This document shows positions 47,002 through 60,800 of a DNA stretch of 64,000 bases, piece after piece (position 1 is the stretch's first letter; each line of letters opens with the position of its first letter). The position numbers were made by a program, and so were the translations under genes. The DNA is taken from positions 124,001 to 188,000 of the IMG/VR virus record IMGVR_UViG_3300022866_000322; one strand, written 5' to 3'. The notes under the pieces were generated by a model. It searched no databases. It was not told the DNA's origin and worked only from the letters and a program-made list of their open reading frames with translations.

Positions 47002-48119
47002 GGGGTATACTTAAACCAAATGTCTCCGTCGGCACCATCACTAACGGTTGGATCTGCTGTGCTTACAAACTTTCTACTACCGTCCCAAAATACACCACGT
47101 GTCATTACATATTGTGTTGTGGCAACCTGTGTGGTATTGGCACCAAATGTTGCTGTTGGTGCAACAGGAGTTCCTGTGAATGTTGGACCTGCTGTGTCTG
47201 CTTTTAGGTTAACATTTGCACTAAGTGCGGCAGTTTGTGCTAGGTTAACGCTGTCAAGTCTTCCGCTCAGTGTACTGATGCTAGTATTTGCACCAGTGAC
47301 GTTGTTGTTGATTGTTGTAATACTGGTGTTTGCATAAGTTTGGAATGCACCAACATTGGCATTTATACCAGGTACAGTTGTCCCTACTACTGTACCTAAG
47401 TTTGCACTTGTAGTTTGTGCTCTTGTGTTGGAAAATGCTTGGTACGAACCTATATTGGCCTGCGTAGTGTCTATTTCAACATTAGCCGCTGTTACGTTTG
47501 CTCTTAGTGCTGACTCTGCGTCAGTTCTAACTGCAAGATTGGCATTTATGGTTGCTACATTAGCAGTCATTGCTACACCAGCATCATACCTGTTTTGCGC
47601 ATCCACGCTGTCTACATATATCTTAGTAGTAACACCCATGTTGCTCGTAGCATTAGCAGATACTGTTGCTAGTCCTGTGTTGCCTTGGATGTTTAAAACA
47701 TTAGTGCTTGTGCCCGCAACATTAGCAAATACTGCAATATTGCCATTATTGTTTGTATTTGTTACGTTTACAAGTCCGGCAACTTCTTTTATTTCTACGT
47801 TGCCACCACCACCAACAGTTAAGTTGCCGGCTATGTCTACATTACCTGAAATGTTTGAGCCTACTTTAAACCAGGTCGTACCATTATAACTGTTTAGGTT
47901 GTTGGTACTAGTGTCGAACCACAGTTGTCCTGTAATAGGATTAGGTGGACTGGTACTTAATGCAAAGTTTTCCAGTATGTGTACAAAATTTTCGTTAGTA
48001 GCATCACCGTAGTTTTGAACTAGACGTCCAAAAAGCGTAATACTAGTACTGGTGGTATCCTTAGTACCATCAAGTACTACTATTGTTGTTCCATCTGTTT
48101 TATTTACATTATATGCCAT
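46998..48119 (-). CDS. Tail fibre/baseplate-associated structural protein
   Basis: MAYNVNKTDGT..NENFVHILENFA..GQLWFDT; coiled-coil middle; PTFTGTPVAPTA..TQVATTQYV fibre motif; GDIWF. Confidence 0.65.
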   Translation of the reverse strand: MAYNVNKTDGTTIVVLDGTKDTTSTSITLFGRLVQNYGDATNENFVHILENFALSTSPPNPITGQLWFDTSTNNLNSYNGTTWFKVGSNISGNVDIAGNLTVGGGGNVEIKEVAGLVNVTNTNNNGNIAVFANVAGTSTNVLNIQGNTGLATVSANATSNMGVTTKIYVDSVDAQNRYDAGVAMTANVATINANLAVRTDAESALRANVTAANVEIDTTQANIGSYQAFSNTRAQTTSANLGTVVGTTVPGINANVGAFQTYANTSITTINNNVTGANTSISTLSGRLDSVNLAQTAALSANVNLKADTAGPTFTGTPVAPTATFGANTTQVATTQYVMTRGVFWDGSRKFVSTADPTVSDGADGDIWFKYTP

Positions 48120-48125
48120 TGTTTA

Positions 48126-48788
48126 TTACCCCTGACTTGTCAAGTTGGTCAGTGTTTGTATTCTAACTGTGTAGTCAATCTGTATCAATCTGTTGAGTGA
48201 CTTTTGCACAGGGTGGAATACTACATGTGTTAACAACTTGCCTGTTGTTGCTAATCCACTTGTACCATCTGTGCTTCTTGCTTTAAGTCCAAGCTCGTCG
48301 AATGTGTATGTGTCGTCAAGGGTAGTTGAATTGTCAAATGCGCTTTGTCCTGTTGGTTCGCCATAATCAAGCAAGCAACTTACTACTATGTCTGTAAATA
48401 CCTTGCCTGGTGTGTGTCTAATTTCCATCTTGTTGCGTGTAGGATCAGTGTTAAGTGTACTGGTGTTGTCTACAATCTTAGCAAAAGTTGGGTTGTACAA
48501 ATTACTGTTGCTGGTATTGGTATTGCTTGGCAAATAGTTGATGACCCCTGTTGGATCAACACTAGTACCTCCGTTACCAAAATGCATTTCGTAAATGTAA
48601 CCTTGTTGTTTATTTGCAAGGTTGTATGCGATTGCTTCACTGATGTTTTCATAGTGAATAGCATTTCGCTTGTTAATAAAGATTTCCCCAGACTCTGGGT
48701 CAAAAATCTTAATGTGTCCTTGAACGTGTAAACCACCGTGCTCGTCTGGTTTTGGTTCAAGTTCTGAATTTTCAGGTAAGGTTTGCAT
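48126..48788 (-). CDS. Baseplate-associated hypothetical structural protein
   Basis: FGNGGT, FDELGL, LTHVVFHPVQKSLNR; between structural genes. Confidence 0.6.
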   Translation of the reverse strand: MQTLPENSELEPKPDEHGGLHVQGHIKIFDPESGEIFINKRNAIHYENISEAIAYNLANKQQGYIYEMHFGNGGTSVDPTGVINYLPSNTNTSNSNLYNPTFAKIVDNTSTLNTDPTRNKMEIRHTPGKVFTDIVVSCLLDYGEPTGQSAFDNSTTLDDTYTFDELGLKARSTDGTSGLATTGKLLTHVVFHPVQKSLNRLIQIDYTVRIQTLTNLTSQG

Positions 48789-48829
48789 ATTATTTTCTTC
48801 CGTGTCTAGAGTATTTATCTGGGGTTTAA

Positions 48830-51800
48830 TCATGGAGTATAACTCCTCTCTGCTTTGATGTATTCAGCCCACTCAGTGGTACTAGAATCCAGTGTATCAC
48901 CAGTTCCGTATGCCTTCCATAAGTAGTCCTGTTTAATTGTTTTGCCTGTTACACTAACATTACCAGTACTAAGTACTTCACCTAGTATGTTAAGTGCGGA
49001 AACATTAGCTGTTGTTGTAGTGCCATTGATACTAACATTAGCATTAGCAATTCTTAGGTTGCCATCAACAAAGTCTACAGCAACCACATTGGCGTTTGCT
49101 ACAGTTTCAAGTATTCTAACATTTGCTGTAGGACCAGTCTGCGTTATGTAATCACCAATGTTAGCACTGATTGTGTTGTTTAACGACACACGCCATGTAA
49201 CATTTGCGGCTACTTTCTTTTCACCCGTTAGTGAGTTGGTTGTTGCTAGTGCTATGTTTGGTAACTGCTGTGCCAATGAGCTATCAACTACACGAGCATT
49301 GGCATAGTGTACGTTTGCACCAGTGCCGTCAACTCCTCTGCGCAACTGTGAAATTGTGTTGGCAAATACCTGCTTAACGTTTGATGTGTTGATGTATGCG
49401 TTAGCATTAGCAAACACATTTCCTAATACTAGGAAAACATTACTGCTGTATGTAATCAAACTATCTGTTGCAAACTCAGTGTTGGCTGTCCAAACATCAG
49501 CACTGAGCATTTTAGCATCATCATACTTCTGGTAGTAGTAAATCAATTCACCGTTGATGAATACCTCACCTGGTGAACCACCGACTCCAGTGCCTGGATC
49601 TGGTAGCAAGGCAGCGTTGTCAACAAATATGTTAACATCGTCAAGAGCCAAGTTAGCAGTAAGTGTTGTTGTACTGTTTGCACTTATTCGGTAGTAACTT
49701 CTGTCACGGTCCATTGGTTCAAACACTCTAAAGCCATAACTTGCAGTGTTTGACGCTGTATTAGTAAACACACGCATTTCAAGTGTGTCATACATTCTAC
49801 CCGGAACTAGTTCTTCTGGTGCATGACTATTGTAAGCATCTAAGTAGAAACCACCAGCAATGTTAATGTCCTCTGGTCTAGTTCCTAGTGCGGTGTCTGT
49901 GTAAAAACTTGCAATGTTGCTGTCAAGTAAGTCGTCAATGTACAAGTTACTGATCTTAACATTAGCAGTACCGGAACCTAACACATCCATAACATTAGCA
50001 GTAGTTGCAACACCATTTACGCGAACAACATTAGCATCAAGTTCTAAGAAACCTTGCTTTTCTTGGATAACTGCAATTTCTTTTACACTAGTATAGTTGT
50101 TCAACACTCTTGCGTTTGCAGTTGAATTAGTCTGAGTAATGTAGTCGCCTTCGTTTGCACTTATACTTTCACCTAACGACAACGTCACAATACTTTCGAT
50201 CGGTTGCCCACTTAGCATCATTTCATCACGTGACACGCTTACTACTCTGAACGTTGCATTGTTCTCAAAATTGAAGGTTTCGTACATGCCCTCAATTTTA
50301 ATAGGATCATTTAGATTAAAGCCACGGTCAACGAAGTCTACCTGTTGTGTGTTTGCACTAGTAATCTTATGACCTGTGTAGTTGAATCCAATTACATTGC
50401 TCGTTAAGGTAAAGCTGTTAGATGTAAACGTCTCTCCACTTATTTTATTACCAGGATAACTTGTACCAAACATCAATTGATTGATGTCTTTGCCTGGTCT
50501 TCCAAAACTTGGAACATAGTAACTGGTTATTCTATCTGCGGCACTAAGCAATACATTACCGCTATCAATTTCTGTAAAGCGTGTAAAGTCAAACACTGTC
50601 TGCGAACTTACATTTGCGTTTGTAGCCAAGTATGCTGTGTTGTTGTAGAATATAATGTTGCCACTTGTGATATACAAGTTGCCGTCTATTTGTGTAATTC
50701 CGTTGCTGTTGAAATCATACTGTTGTACAAAGTTGCCTACGTCATCTGCTACAAACAAGCGTGTACCGTCGTGTCTCATGTACAAGCCAGTTGGATTAGT
50801 TGCATTCAAGTCTGCTGAATTATTAAGTGTAGCAGTTGAGATATCCCATGCCGTTGAAAGTGTATAACTCCATATCTTGTTATACTGCTGTCCAGTTACA
50901 AACAGTTCTTTACCATCTTCTCTGAAGCGCATACCTGTTGGAATATTTTCTTCGCTAGCCACGCTCTTGCTTCGTGTGCTGTATGTTGCACTGCTTGCTA
51001 ACCACGGAATGCTAAGTTCATATTCAAACACTGTGTCATTTGCTGTGCCTAACACGTACATTCTTGTGCCGTCTGTACTGAATTCAACACTAGTTGCACT
51101 TGTTTCTTGGCTGTTAATGCTTACAACACTGATGTTAGCGGCTGTATTAACAAACCAAGGAGTAGCAAGTCTGTACTCGTAAACGCTGTTACTTGTATCC
51201 CCAACAGTGTACATGCGAGATCCGTCTTCTCTAAAGAACAAACCTTGCACACTGGTGTCTTGAACATTAACATTAGCTACAGCAACGTTGCTTGCCGTTG
51301 TAACTTCCCATGGTGTACCTAGTGTGTACTCATACACACTGTTTGATGTGTCGCCTGCGATATACATTTTAGTACCGTCAGGTTTGAAAAATACATCTGT
51401 AATAGTAGTATCTTGTGGAGCAACATTTGCATTGCCGTCAAGTTCTATTCTGTTCAAGTCATAGCTGTTTGCAAAGTTGCCATTTACTACAACAGTATCT
51501 TCGTATGCAACATTCGCGGTCCATTGTGCTACATTACTGGTGTAGGTTATTCTATCAAATTTAATTGTGCTGTCTATGCTTCTAACAGTGTTGTATCCAC
51601 CTTGGCTATCAAACTCACTGTTTAACATTGCATACGCTGTTGCACCCTCACCTGTGCCGTTAATTACCACGTTTGGTGTAGTAGTGTATCCTGATCCTGC
51701 CTTTGTAACAGTAATACTAGTTACAGTTCCATCAGCGGCACTAATTGTTGCAGTTGCATTGGCTCCTGATCCGCCACCTCCTGTTATTTCGACGTTTGGT

Positions 51801-54800
51801 GCAATGGTGTAATTTTGTCCTATATTGCCTACAATAATTTCACCAACTTTAAGTTTATAGTTGTCTGCATATGGCTGGTACAAGTCAGTTGTAAAATATG
51901 TACTGTCAGATGTAACCTGGATGTTTGGTGAGCGGAATGTATTTTCTTCTGCATACCAACGTGCCGGGATGTCAAAGTCTGTCCAACTACCAGTTGCAGT
52001 ATCAGTCTTTGTGTAAACTGGAGTAAACTCTTTAAGTTGTGTTCTGTATGGCTTTACTTCATCTATATACTGTTTATAAAAATCTTGATTATCTTTGCTG
52101 TAGGTTGGCAATTGCTCGAGTGATCTAAGATTATGTAATACATCAATAAAGCTGGTTTTAAATATCCAGTCTGGATTTTTCTGTTCTTCAAACACATAAT
52201 TTATTATTGTAAAGAATAGCTTATTAAAATCTGTAGCCAAACTGTTAATAAAAATTTGGGTGTACAAACTATCAAAAATATTTCCTATTTCGCTGCCTGC
52301 TTGCTTATCGAATGCTACTGCGTCAAACACAGCAGTATCAAAGCCCAAAGTTATTGTGGTGTCGTACAATAAGCTACTTAAAGTTACTGTGGCATTTTCT
52401 GCCGCAATCAAAGAAAGCTGTCCTGTGGTTTCGTATCTATATGTGGACCAGTTTCCTGCACCATCATCTAGTATTTTTATGTAGTCGTTGTTTGCCAATA
52501 CTAATTTTTGAATATCACCATACGTATTAACAGTATGCGCTATTGCATTACCTGCAATGTAAGTACTGTCATACCATTCCGAAGGTGTCCACCACAGGTC
52601 TGTCTTGTAACTCTGGCTACGTATTAAATCAAACTCTCTTGACGTGCCGTTGAACTCAAGCAATGACCATCTGTTTTCGTAACGACTATCTTGCGGAATT
52701 AAAATTGTATACCCATCAGCAAAACCTGTAGTGTCGAGATATTCTACATCTGTATATGATGCTACTTGTGCATCATAACTAGCAGGGAACGGTTGTTGTA
52801 CATACAAACTTGTTGCTGTAGTTGTTAGCAATACTGGGTGCAGTGCTAGTAGCCTGTTGGCTTCATTTACAAAAACTTCCAAGGCAGCTGATCTATCCAA
52901 GAACAGTCCTTGTCTAGGTCTAGAAAGTATCCCTAGCCTGTCTTGTGGTTTAAGTGTAATGTCGGGCACCAATCTACCTGTGCTGTCTTCACCACGTAAA
53001 CTATCTCGCAGTTTGTCTATTACACGTTGAGGGATGGCACTTGTAGTAGTGCCTTGCTGAACTAATCCAAATTCGTTGTGTATTAATTGATCGTTATTCT
53101 CAACAGTCGTGGTGTCCAAATGCAAAATAACATCACTGCCTGTGGTCTTGTCATTTATGTTGTACAAGTTTACACTACTAGGCGAAGTTAATCCTAGGTA
53201 AGGAATATTTTGATCCTTTGGACTTCTTATATATTGTTCTAATAGAGTAGTGCTGATCCGACGGTTTGCAGTTACTGGATCGACACTAGTCTTTCCACTT
53301 ACCCAATAATAATACTTGCTTACGATTATGCCAGTGCCAGGATCAACAAAAGTTGATTGTGTGTAAGCAGAGTCATCTGCATTCTTAGGCACACCATCTC
53401 CGCCATTACCTACATATTGACTAGGTAAAACATCGCTTTCTACCCATTCGTAAATTGTTACTGTACTTCCCGGGAACAAACTACCCCAATTAATACTTCT
53501 GTACAATAGTGTACTCTGCTCGTAATCAATAAAGTTAGCTACACTAGTGTCCCACCATGTCTTACCAATTTGTTGGGTAGTCCAGTAAAATGAATCATTT
53601 GATATGCCGGTGCTTGCTGTTGTTGTATTATAAGAAGCTGGGTCAAATTCCTCAATGTAATCTAGTTCCTGTTCAACAGCACCTAGTAACTTGCCTTTGA
53701 CAGGATCTAATATATCTAAATAATTTATTATTGTTTCTGATGTCTTATTATAAATGAACGCTGAATTAATTGCATCAATTGCTACCCTTGGTTCTTTGTA
53801 CCTAAGCAATTCCCATCCAGGTTTACTACCTTCGTTGTAGTATGTGTATACACTTCCACCGCCTACTGTAATGTCTGAATCATTAGTAACACCAATTACC
53901 ATGATATCATTTACAATATCAATATCAGCACCATAATCATCACCTGTCTCGACGCCAGGTGCAGTTAGTTTTTGGCTGAATGCAAATATTGATGGATTGT
54001 CTTCTGACTCGTAAGGGTTAGCTATGAGATCATATAGGTAAACTGCACCTGAATCTTTAACTATCTTAACAAACGTAGTAGATAAACTATCAAATATTGT
54101 AACTGTGTCAGCTATATCAAAAGTCGTAGGGGTTGTAGTATCTGCGCCTTCGCTAGATATTGCCAACTTACCAACGCTTTGGCTAATGCCTATCGCAGTA
54201 CCAAACTTTTCTCCAATTTGATTAGGATGGGTTACAACTTGCGTATGCTTGTAGATCTCTATTCCGAGATCAGTTAATCCGGTACCTGTGCTTGCAGAGG
54301 TAATGTTAAGTTTTTCTGTAGCAACTTGTACATTGCTTGTAATTTGTAGCCTCCAATGGCTTTCTGTTTCTCCCGACGTTACGTTACTAATAAACACCAA
54401 TGCATTACTTGCTGTTACTCCCGGAATACCTGTTCCATTAATGTCATTGGCTACGTCTGTTATAGTAGTTCCGGTAAATTCTACTGGCCTATCGTTAATT
54501 ACAATACTGTCACCTGAAGTAACAGTGGCGTTGCTCACTGTGCCTGTTACGTTACCGTAAACTCTTCCTGTGTTTACCAGTCTATAGACTGCTCCCGAAC
54601 TATATTGATTTGCAAAGTAGGAAGGAGCACTTCCGTATAGATTACAGCCAGTACCGCATAACTGAATATCAGTTCCGAATCTTTGTCCGTTGATTCCTGT
54701 CAAACTAGGAGAGATAATCTGATCTTGGACGAAGTTATTGGTTTCAACTGTTAGCGTAAGCCCTGCTGTTTGGACATCGGGAAACTGTACAGTACTTGGT

Positions 54801-57800
54801 GCGATTATATAATAATCAAGATCTTGGGTCAGTTCTACACCATTCAATAATACTCTGTAGCTGTTAGCAAAAGCGTCCGGGGCTGTGAATGATGCCGATG
54901 TACCGTCTGTAGTAAACTCTGTAATTGTTCTATGGTACGCATACAATAGTCCGTCGTTGCCCTGTGTCCCTACAACTGCTGTGTCACTTCCAACAGTAAG
55001 TACGCTACCGTCTGAATTAGTAGCAAGACTTGATCCAAAGTTTGTACTAGCGTTTCCAGTTATTGTTGTAAGATTTGTGTAGAAGCTACCACGGGTGAAT
55101 ACCTGTATAACGTCGTTAGTTGCTGGTGGTGTTACAAATGTTATCGTTTCGCCGCTAACACTGTATTCGATGGTTGGTACATACTCTACTGCACGTAGTT
55201 GTGAGTACACAAAAACTTCGGTTGGATCGCTTGTGAGTATGGATACGTTACTGAATGTGCCTGTAGCTACAGACTGCGTGTCCGATACAATGTTGGCTGC
55301 AACGTTGGCTCCATTGATTGCAATAAGATCTGTGTCAGTGAATGCCGCAACGTTTCCTGTAATAATAACAACATTAGTGTTAGTCAAAACTCTGGTGCTA
55401 TCAAACACAACTGTACCACTTGCTGATGATGTTGTACCTGGACTTTGATACGTTATGGTATCGTTTACTGCAACACTAACATTAGCATCTAGTACTAGGT
55501 TATATCGTTCGACTGGCAGCAGAACTGGATCAACTGCTGTTCTCAGGTTCAATTGATAACAGAAAACTTTATTTGCACCACTAGCACCAATATACAAATA
55601 GTTTGCATCTCTACTAATTGCCAAACTAGATCCAAACAAATCACTTGCGCTACCTGCGGCATCAGTTAATATTTGTTGTATGATACCGTCTTTAAAGATG
55701 TAAACATAGCCTTTTCCGCTCGAACTGTCTGGTGCGCTGACTGCAACATATCCTTGTGCATTTACAACTTTGTATCCGAAGCTGTCTAGTCCTGTACTGT
55801 TTGCACTTAAAGCAAAACTTGCTGTCCAAGAATTAGTAACGGATCTGGTAAATGCATTAACTCTACCCTCGCCTGACCCTGGCGAACCTACATACATCAA
55901 CTGAGCAAGATTAGGTTCTATACTAACTGTTCTACCAAAGTTATCATTGCCGGATAGTTTACTAGGATCTAGCTCCGCTTTGCTGTTATATACCCACGGG
56001 CTTGTTTTATTGTATACACCCCAATTTCCATCGTTGTCTAAATTTTCTACCCATACCTTATCATTTTCTAACCACCCACTTACTGGCATCACTGATTGTA
56101 TGTCAACAGGATTGCTTATCTTGGCGCTGGACAATCTATACAACAATCCCGACCCACTGATTACTGCTTCTTCCTGCAATGCTTCTAAGTTTCTTGTTAT
56201 TGTAATACTAAACCTAGTAGTGTCTATGATGTTGCCTACTTTATACGCCCCGTCAAATCTATCATCAAAGTTTTTAATAACAACTACATCATCAACTGCT
56301 AGTCCGTGATTTTCATTAAACACAACTTCTGCAGAACCGTCATCTCGGCTTCGCAGTATAAACACCAAACCGTCTATATAAGTTGCTCTGAATACATTCC
56401 AGCTACCGTTAAAGTCTTTAGCTACCCAAATCTTGTACCCTGTTCCTATTTTATCAATTGATGCAGATAATGAATCATAGTTATTTAAATTAAACAGTGT
56501 AGTGTCTACGTCTGCTAGGTTTACAAAGCCTGCCACTGGCAACGGACGTAGTAACGGAAACTGTGTTCTGTCTTCAGTCACAAATACATTTGCGTTGTAA
56601 GTGCCAGATATCTTAAAGATATCGTTTTCTATAATTGCAACTGTTCCTTCTTGGGCGGCGTTGTTGTTATCTGTAAACTGTATAAGTGTAGGATTTTTAG
56701 TAATTGCAGTGTCGCTCAACGGTGTTTCAATGAACGCATTTGTATCCAATGATCCGTATTCGCCTACACGCATAGCCCAGTTTTCATACCAGTCAATATC
56801 TGAATCTAAGTTGCCAAATATTCCACCTTCTAAAGCATTAATAGAGTTAGGTGTGCCTTTTTGTGTAATTAATCCTTGGTAATACTTTGACTGGGTAGTA
56901 ACGTCTATACCTAAGTCAGTAAAGTACTGTCTTTCTCTGAACCCAGTGATACCGTCACTGAATAATTGTATTTCTTCGTTAGCAGGTTGATTGTCTATAT
57001 CGTAGAAACTAACACCAAGTTGTGCGTTTGATGCAAGATTTCTCAACATTCCGCTTTGTAATTCTGCCTTGTCAAACTGCTTCCATTTCGTAGTTTGGAA
57101 ATTAGGATCGGCGGTTATGTTTTCTAACGCTGTATAGTATCTATTTTTATGCTGGACAATAGATCCTTTAAGGTAATCAGTTCCGCCGCCCCACGCATCG
57201 ATGCTATCACTGCTGAACATGAATCCTGGCAGTTCTAAACTTCCGTTCCAAGAATCAGTTTTGTATCCAACAAACTTTAATCTATATTGTCTATTACCTA
57301 ATTCCGGAACGTAGATAACATCATTGAATTCAGTAACGTTATCTAATATCAACAAGTGTTCTGTTTGTACTAAGTTTAGTTCAGCAAAACCCACTGACTT
57401 TTGTGCGTTGGATTGGAATGTAAACAAGTTATCTTCTCTATAAACCGAAAATTCGTTTTTATTAATTGGTTTAAAGTTTAGGTCAAGTACTCTACTGCCA
57501 AACGGTGCATTTTTTATCTCGTCTACAATTGCTGTTTGTTCGAATACCTTTAAAGTATCGCTCACAGGACTTAACACAAGAATATTATTAACACGCCATC
57601 CTTGTGTTGTCCAATGTAAGAATTCCTTAACACTTAGTATAAAATCTTTTTGTTGCTTGAGAGAGTCGTCATTGTCTACAAAAAGAAATCCTTGACTCTG
57701 TAGGAATCGCTGATAGCCTACTAAAAAATCAGTAACTTGTTGACTGGAATTAAATTCAAAACCATAAGGTATTGTAATTTTTTGTTTTTTAAAGTCTCTA

Positions 57801-60800
57801 AAGATTACAGCACTGGCATCACCGTCAGTAACTTGATATGCGTTATTGTTAGGCTCGCTAGGTATAATAGTAAAGAATGGGCTGGTTATATCATACCCGC
57901 TTACTGTATACCCATTGGCTGTTCTTTGTACAATGACAGCACTATATGTAATCTTCCTAATAGGGCTACCTTTGTATATCTTTAATGCATAGTTGTCATC
58001 GGGAATAACAACACTGTTGTTTATACTACTCGGACTGCTCTGCTCTGCCAGTAGTTCAATGAATTTTTTATCGGTATATCCTGCCACTTTGTTTAACAAT
58101 TGAACATTTAGTTTTGCTAAATTTTCTTGTATTACTGTAGGCGCTGAACCTGCACCTAAGTTGGTTATGTAATCTGTTATCCAGTTTAAGTACCCAGCAG
58201 TGCGTTGTGTTACACCGTTTGCATCTACGTACCCGTTAACATGAAGTGAGGTAGGGGTAAGGTGCTGACTTGTGTCAGTGATTTCAAATTGTCCAGTAAA
58301 ACTATTTCTTTTGTATCTATGTACGTCTGCTTGTAGTCCGTAAAATCTAGCAGGTTTTGTTAGTGCCAACGCTAACATTAACGCATATGGATATTCACTA
58401 CTGCGTCTCCATGCAAGTTCAACAGGACCTATATCTCCAACTGCATAACTTATATTAGCTCGACTACCATCAAAATCAGTGACGAGCATTTGCTCAGGAC
58501 TACGTAAGTTACCGTTATCGTCTACTGGTATAAATTCACTTAGGTTTGGTCTTTGGTAACGTAGATCAATACCTTGTCTATCGCCACTGTGTATGTAGCC
58601 TATACTTAAATCACTCCATAGGGTGCTATTTCCGCCTGTGTACGGAGAAACTCCATATCTGGTTTCCCAGTAGTCTGGCTTTTTGCTAAAGCCTAGCATT
58701 TCCCATGGATGCGTATGTGGTCTATCAGTGTCGTAGAAGTATCTGTAAATGCTTCTCCAGGTTCCTGGTAAAGTTTCACCATTGACTATATCTCTAAATG
58801 CTTTGTAGTTCCAAGTGAACGGATCGCTTGCACTAAAATAACTGTTTGTAGAAAAGTCAACTCTATTTGTGCCTACCCAGGCCAAAAATCCTTGGCTTAA
58901 AACTTGTGTAAATTCTGCTCTAGTATAGTCAGTGTCTCTGAATTTGCCGGGCACGTAGTCAATGATGTTAAAAGTATCAGTATCATATTCAACCTTGACG
59001 TTGTTATAAATTCTACGCTCTAGTTCTAATAACAGATCATCTCTAAAGTCATTAAAGGCGGGAGTAATACTACCATCATGTCCTTGAATTACATTTGCTG
59101 GTGTACGCAGTGTATTGTCTAAATACTTCTCAGGAATGAACTTAGGATACATTCCCATCTTTGTAGGAGTTTCTGGGATGAAACTTCCGTCTGTATCACT
59201 GTACTCTACAATATCTATCTTGTCTTCAAATAACAATCTAAAATTACTTGTGAAAGTTATTGCGGCACGATCTGTATTGAAGGTATAATCTCTGCCTTTT
59301 ACTACTAAGGTCTTTGTTGTAACATCATCTACAGTTCTAGTCACATAAACTAAAACAGATTTGTTACTCGGAATAGTGTCGTTGAATATACTTGTGATTT
59401 CGTATGCAGTGATCTCTGGGTCAAGAACAGTGTAAGTAGGAATCAATGATCTATTGTCATCTCCATGTGGTATCATGTCACTACGGAACCACGGGAAACT
59501 ACTGTTCTTAACGCTGTGCATTTGCAGAAGCACTGCATCAAAACTAGTCTGCACGTTGTTTAAATCTAACTCAATCTTTCCTGCAACTTCTAAGAAATTC
59601 TTCCTGAATTTTGAGTATTCTCTATTGGCTAATTTAATGGCGTTAATCGAATCCATCGTTGGGTGATTTAAAAACAGTCCTGCATACACTGCAGGGGCAC
59701 TATGCTGAAGTATACTTCCTGATGTGTTTTTATACACAATGTCTCTCAGGTTACTACTTCCAGGTACAGTACCCACAACACGTAAACTGTTATTTTTCAG
59801 CTCTATTAGATGATTCCTCATTTGCCCTAGTGTAACTGTAGACAGATTTTTATTCAAAGTATTGATGTCTAAGTTAATAGGAACTTCGTAGTGTGCGTTA
59901 GCAGTGACCGGTATATCTTTATTAAAGATAGCAACAAACACTGCATCGTTTTTTGTAATCAGATCTGGATTAACCAATACTGCAAATTTATCTACTACTT
60001 TTGTAGTTGCAAAGTTACCCACGCTTACAATCTTGTTGTTGACGTAAACTTTGATATGCGGGAAATTAGTACTAACGTCAGGCAAATTATCAATTGGGAA
60101 TAAATTAGTTACGCCGTCGTATACAAAATCATAAATTTTAAATTGTTTACTAAAATTGGTTGCAATTTCCCATACGTTGTCTCTGGCACATGTTGTAGTT
60201 GACACGTTCTTCTGTAAATAACCAGCATTCACTTTTTGTGGAGTTACAACATTGTTGGTCCCTGCCAGGTAAGTGAATGTTTGAGAATCAAAAGTGTTTT
60301 CAAATTCAATATCACCTTGATTCGTAAAGTTTTTGTAACTGAGAGGGAAACCCAATACTGTATCGTTACTGCCAGTTCCTCGCTTATAAGAAAATATCTT
60401 AGATCCAGTGAACGTTGTTCCAGTGAATGTACTTGCGTCGGAATAACTTATGCCTTTACTGTCAACTACGTCAAATAACGGTTCTTGGTTATTTGCAGTT
60501 TTCTCTTGCGCTATAGTCCAACTGAAGCCATTGAAGTACCATTGTTTACCACCATTGGTTCCTGACAGGACCAGCACAGTATTGTTGTCTACAACTGTTG
60601 CATCATCTGCTTCAACTAAGTATGCCTTGTAAACATCACTCGGGTCGTCTATTGCTTTTTCAATAGTAAAATTGTAAATTTTGTTTCTTACGTTGTCATC
60701 TAAGTCACTTGCAAATATAACTCTATCGCCGGTTGTAAGAGTGAGTGTCCCTATAGTAAAAACTGTTGTGTCGACCGATACCACACCTTGCACTTGTTGA

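Noticed and set aside
46998-48119. Numerous N-x-S/T sequons as evidence of classical N-glycosylation
   Set aside because: About ten sites is roughly what the high N and S/T content predicts; only the small-residue-N-V bias was kept.
50712-51410. Periodic DNA similarity suggestive of a CRISPR array or DGR repeats
   Set aside because: In-frame protein propeller repeats with synonymous divergence; no identical repeats, cas genes or reverse transcriptase.
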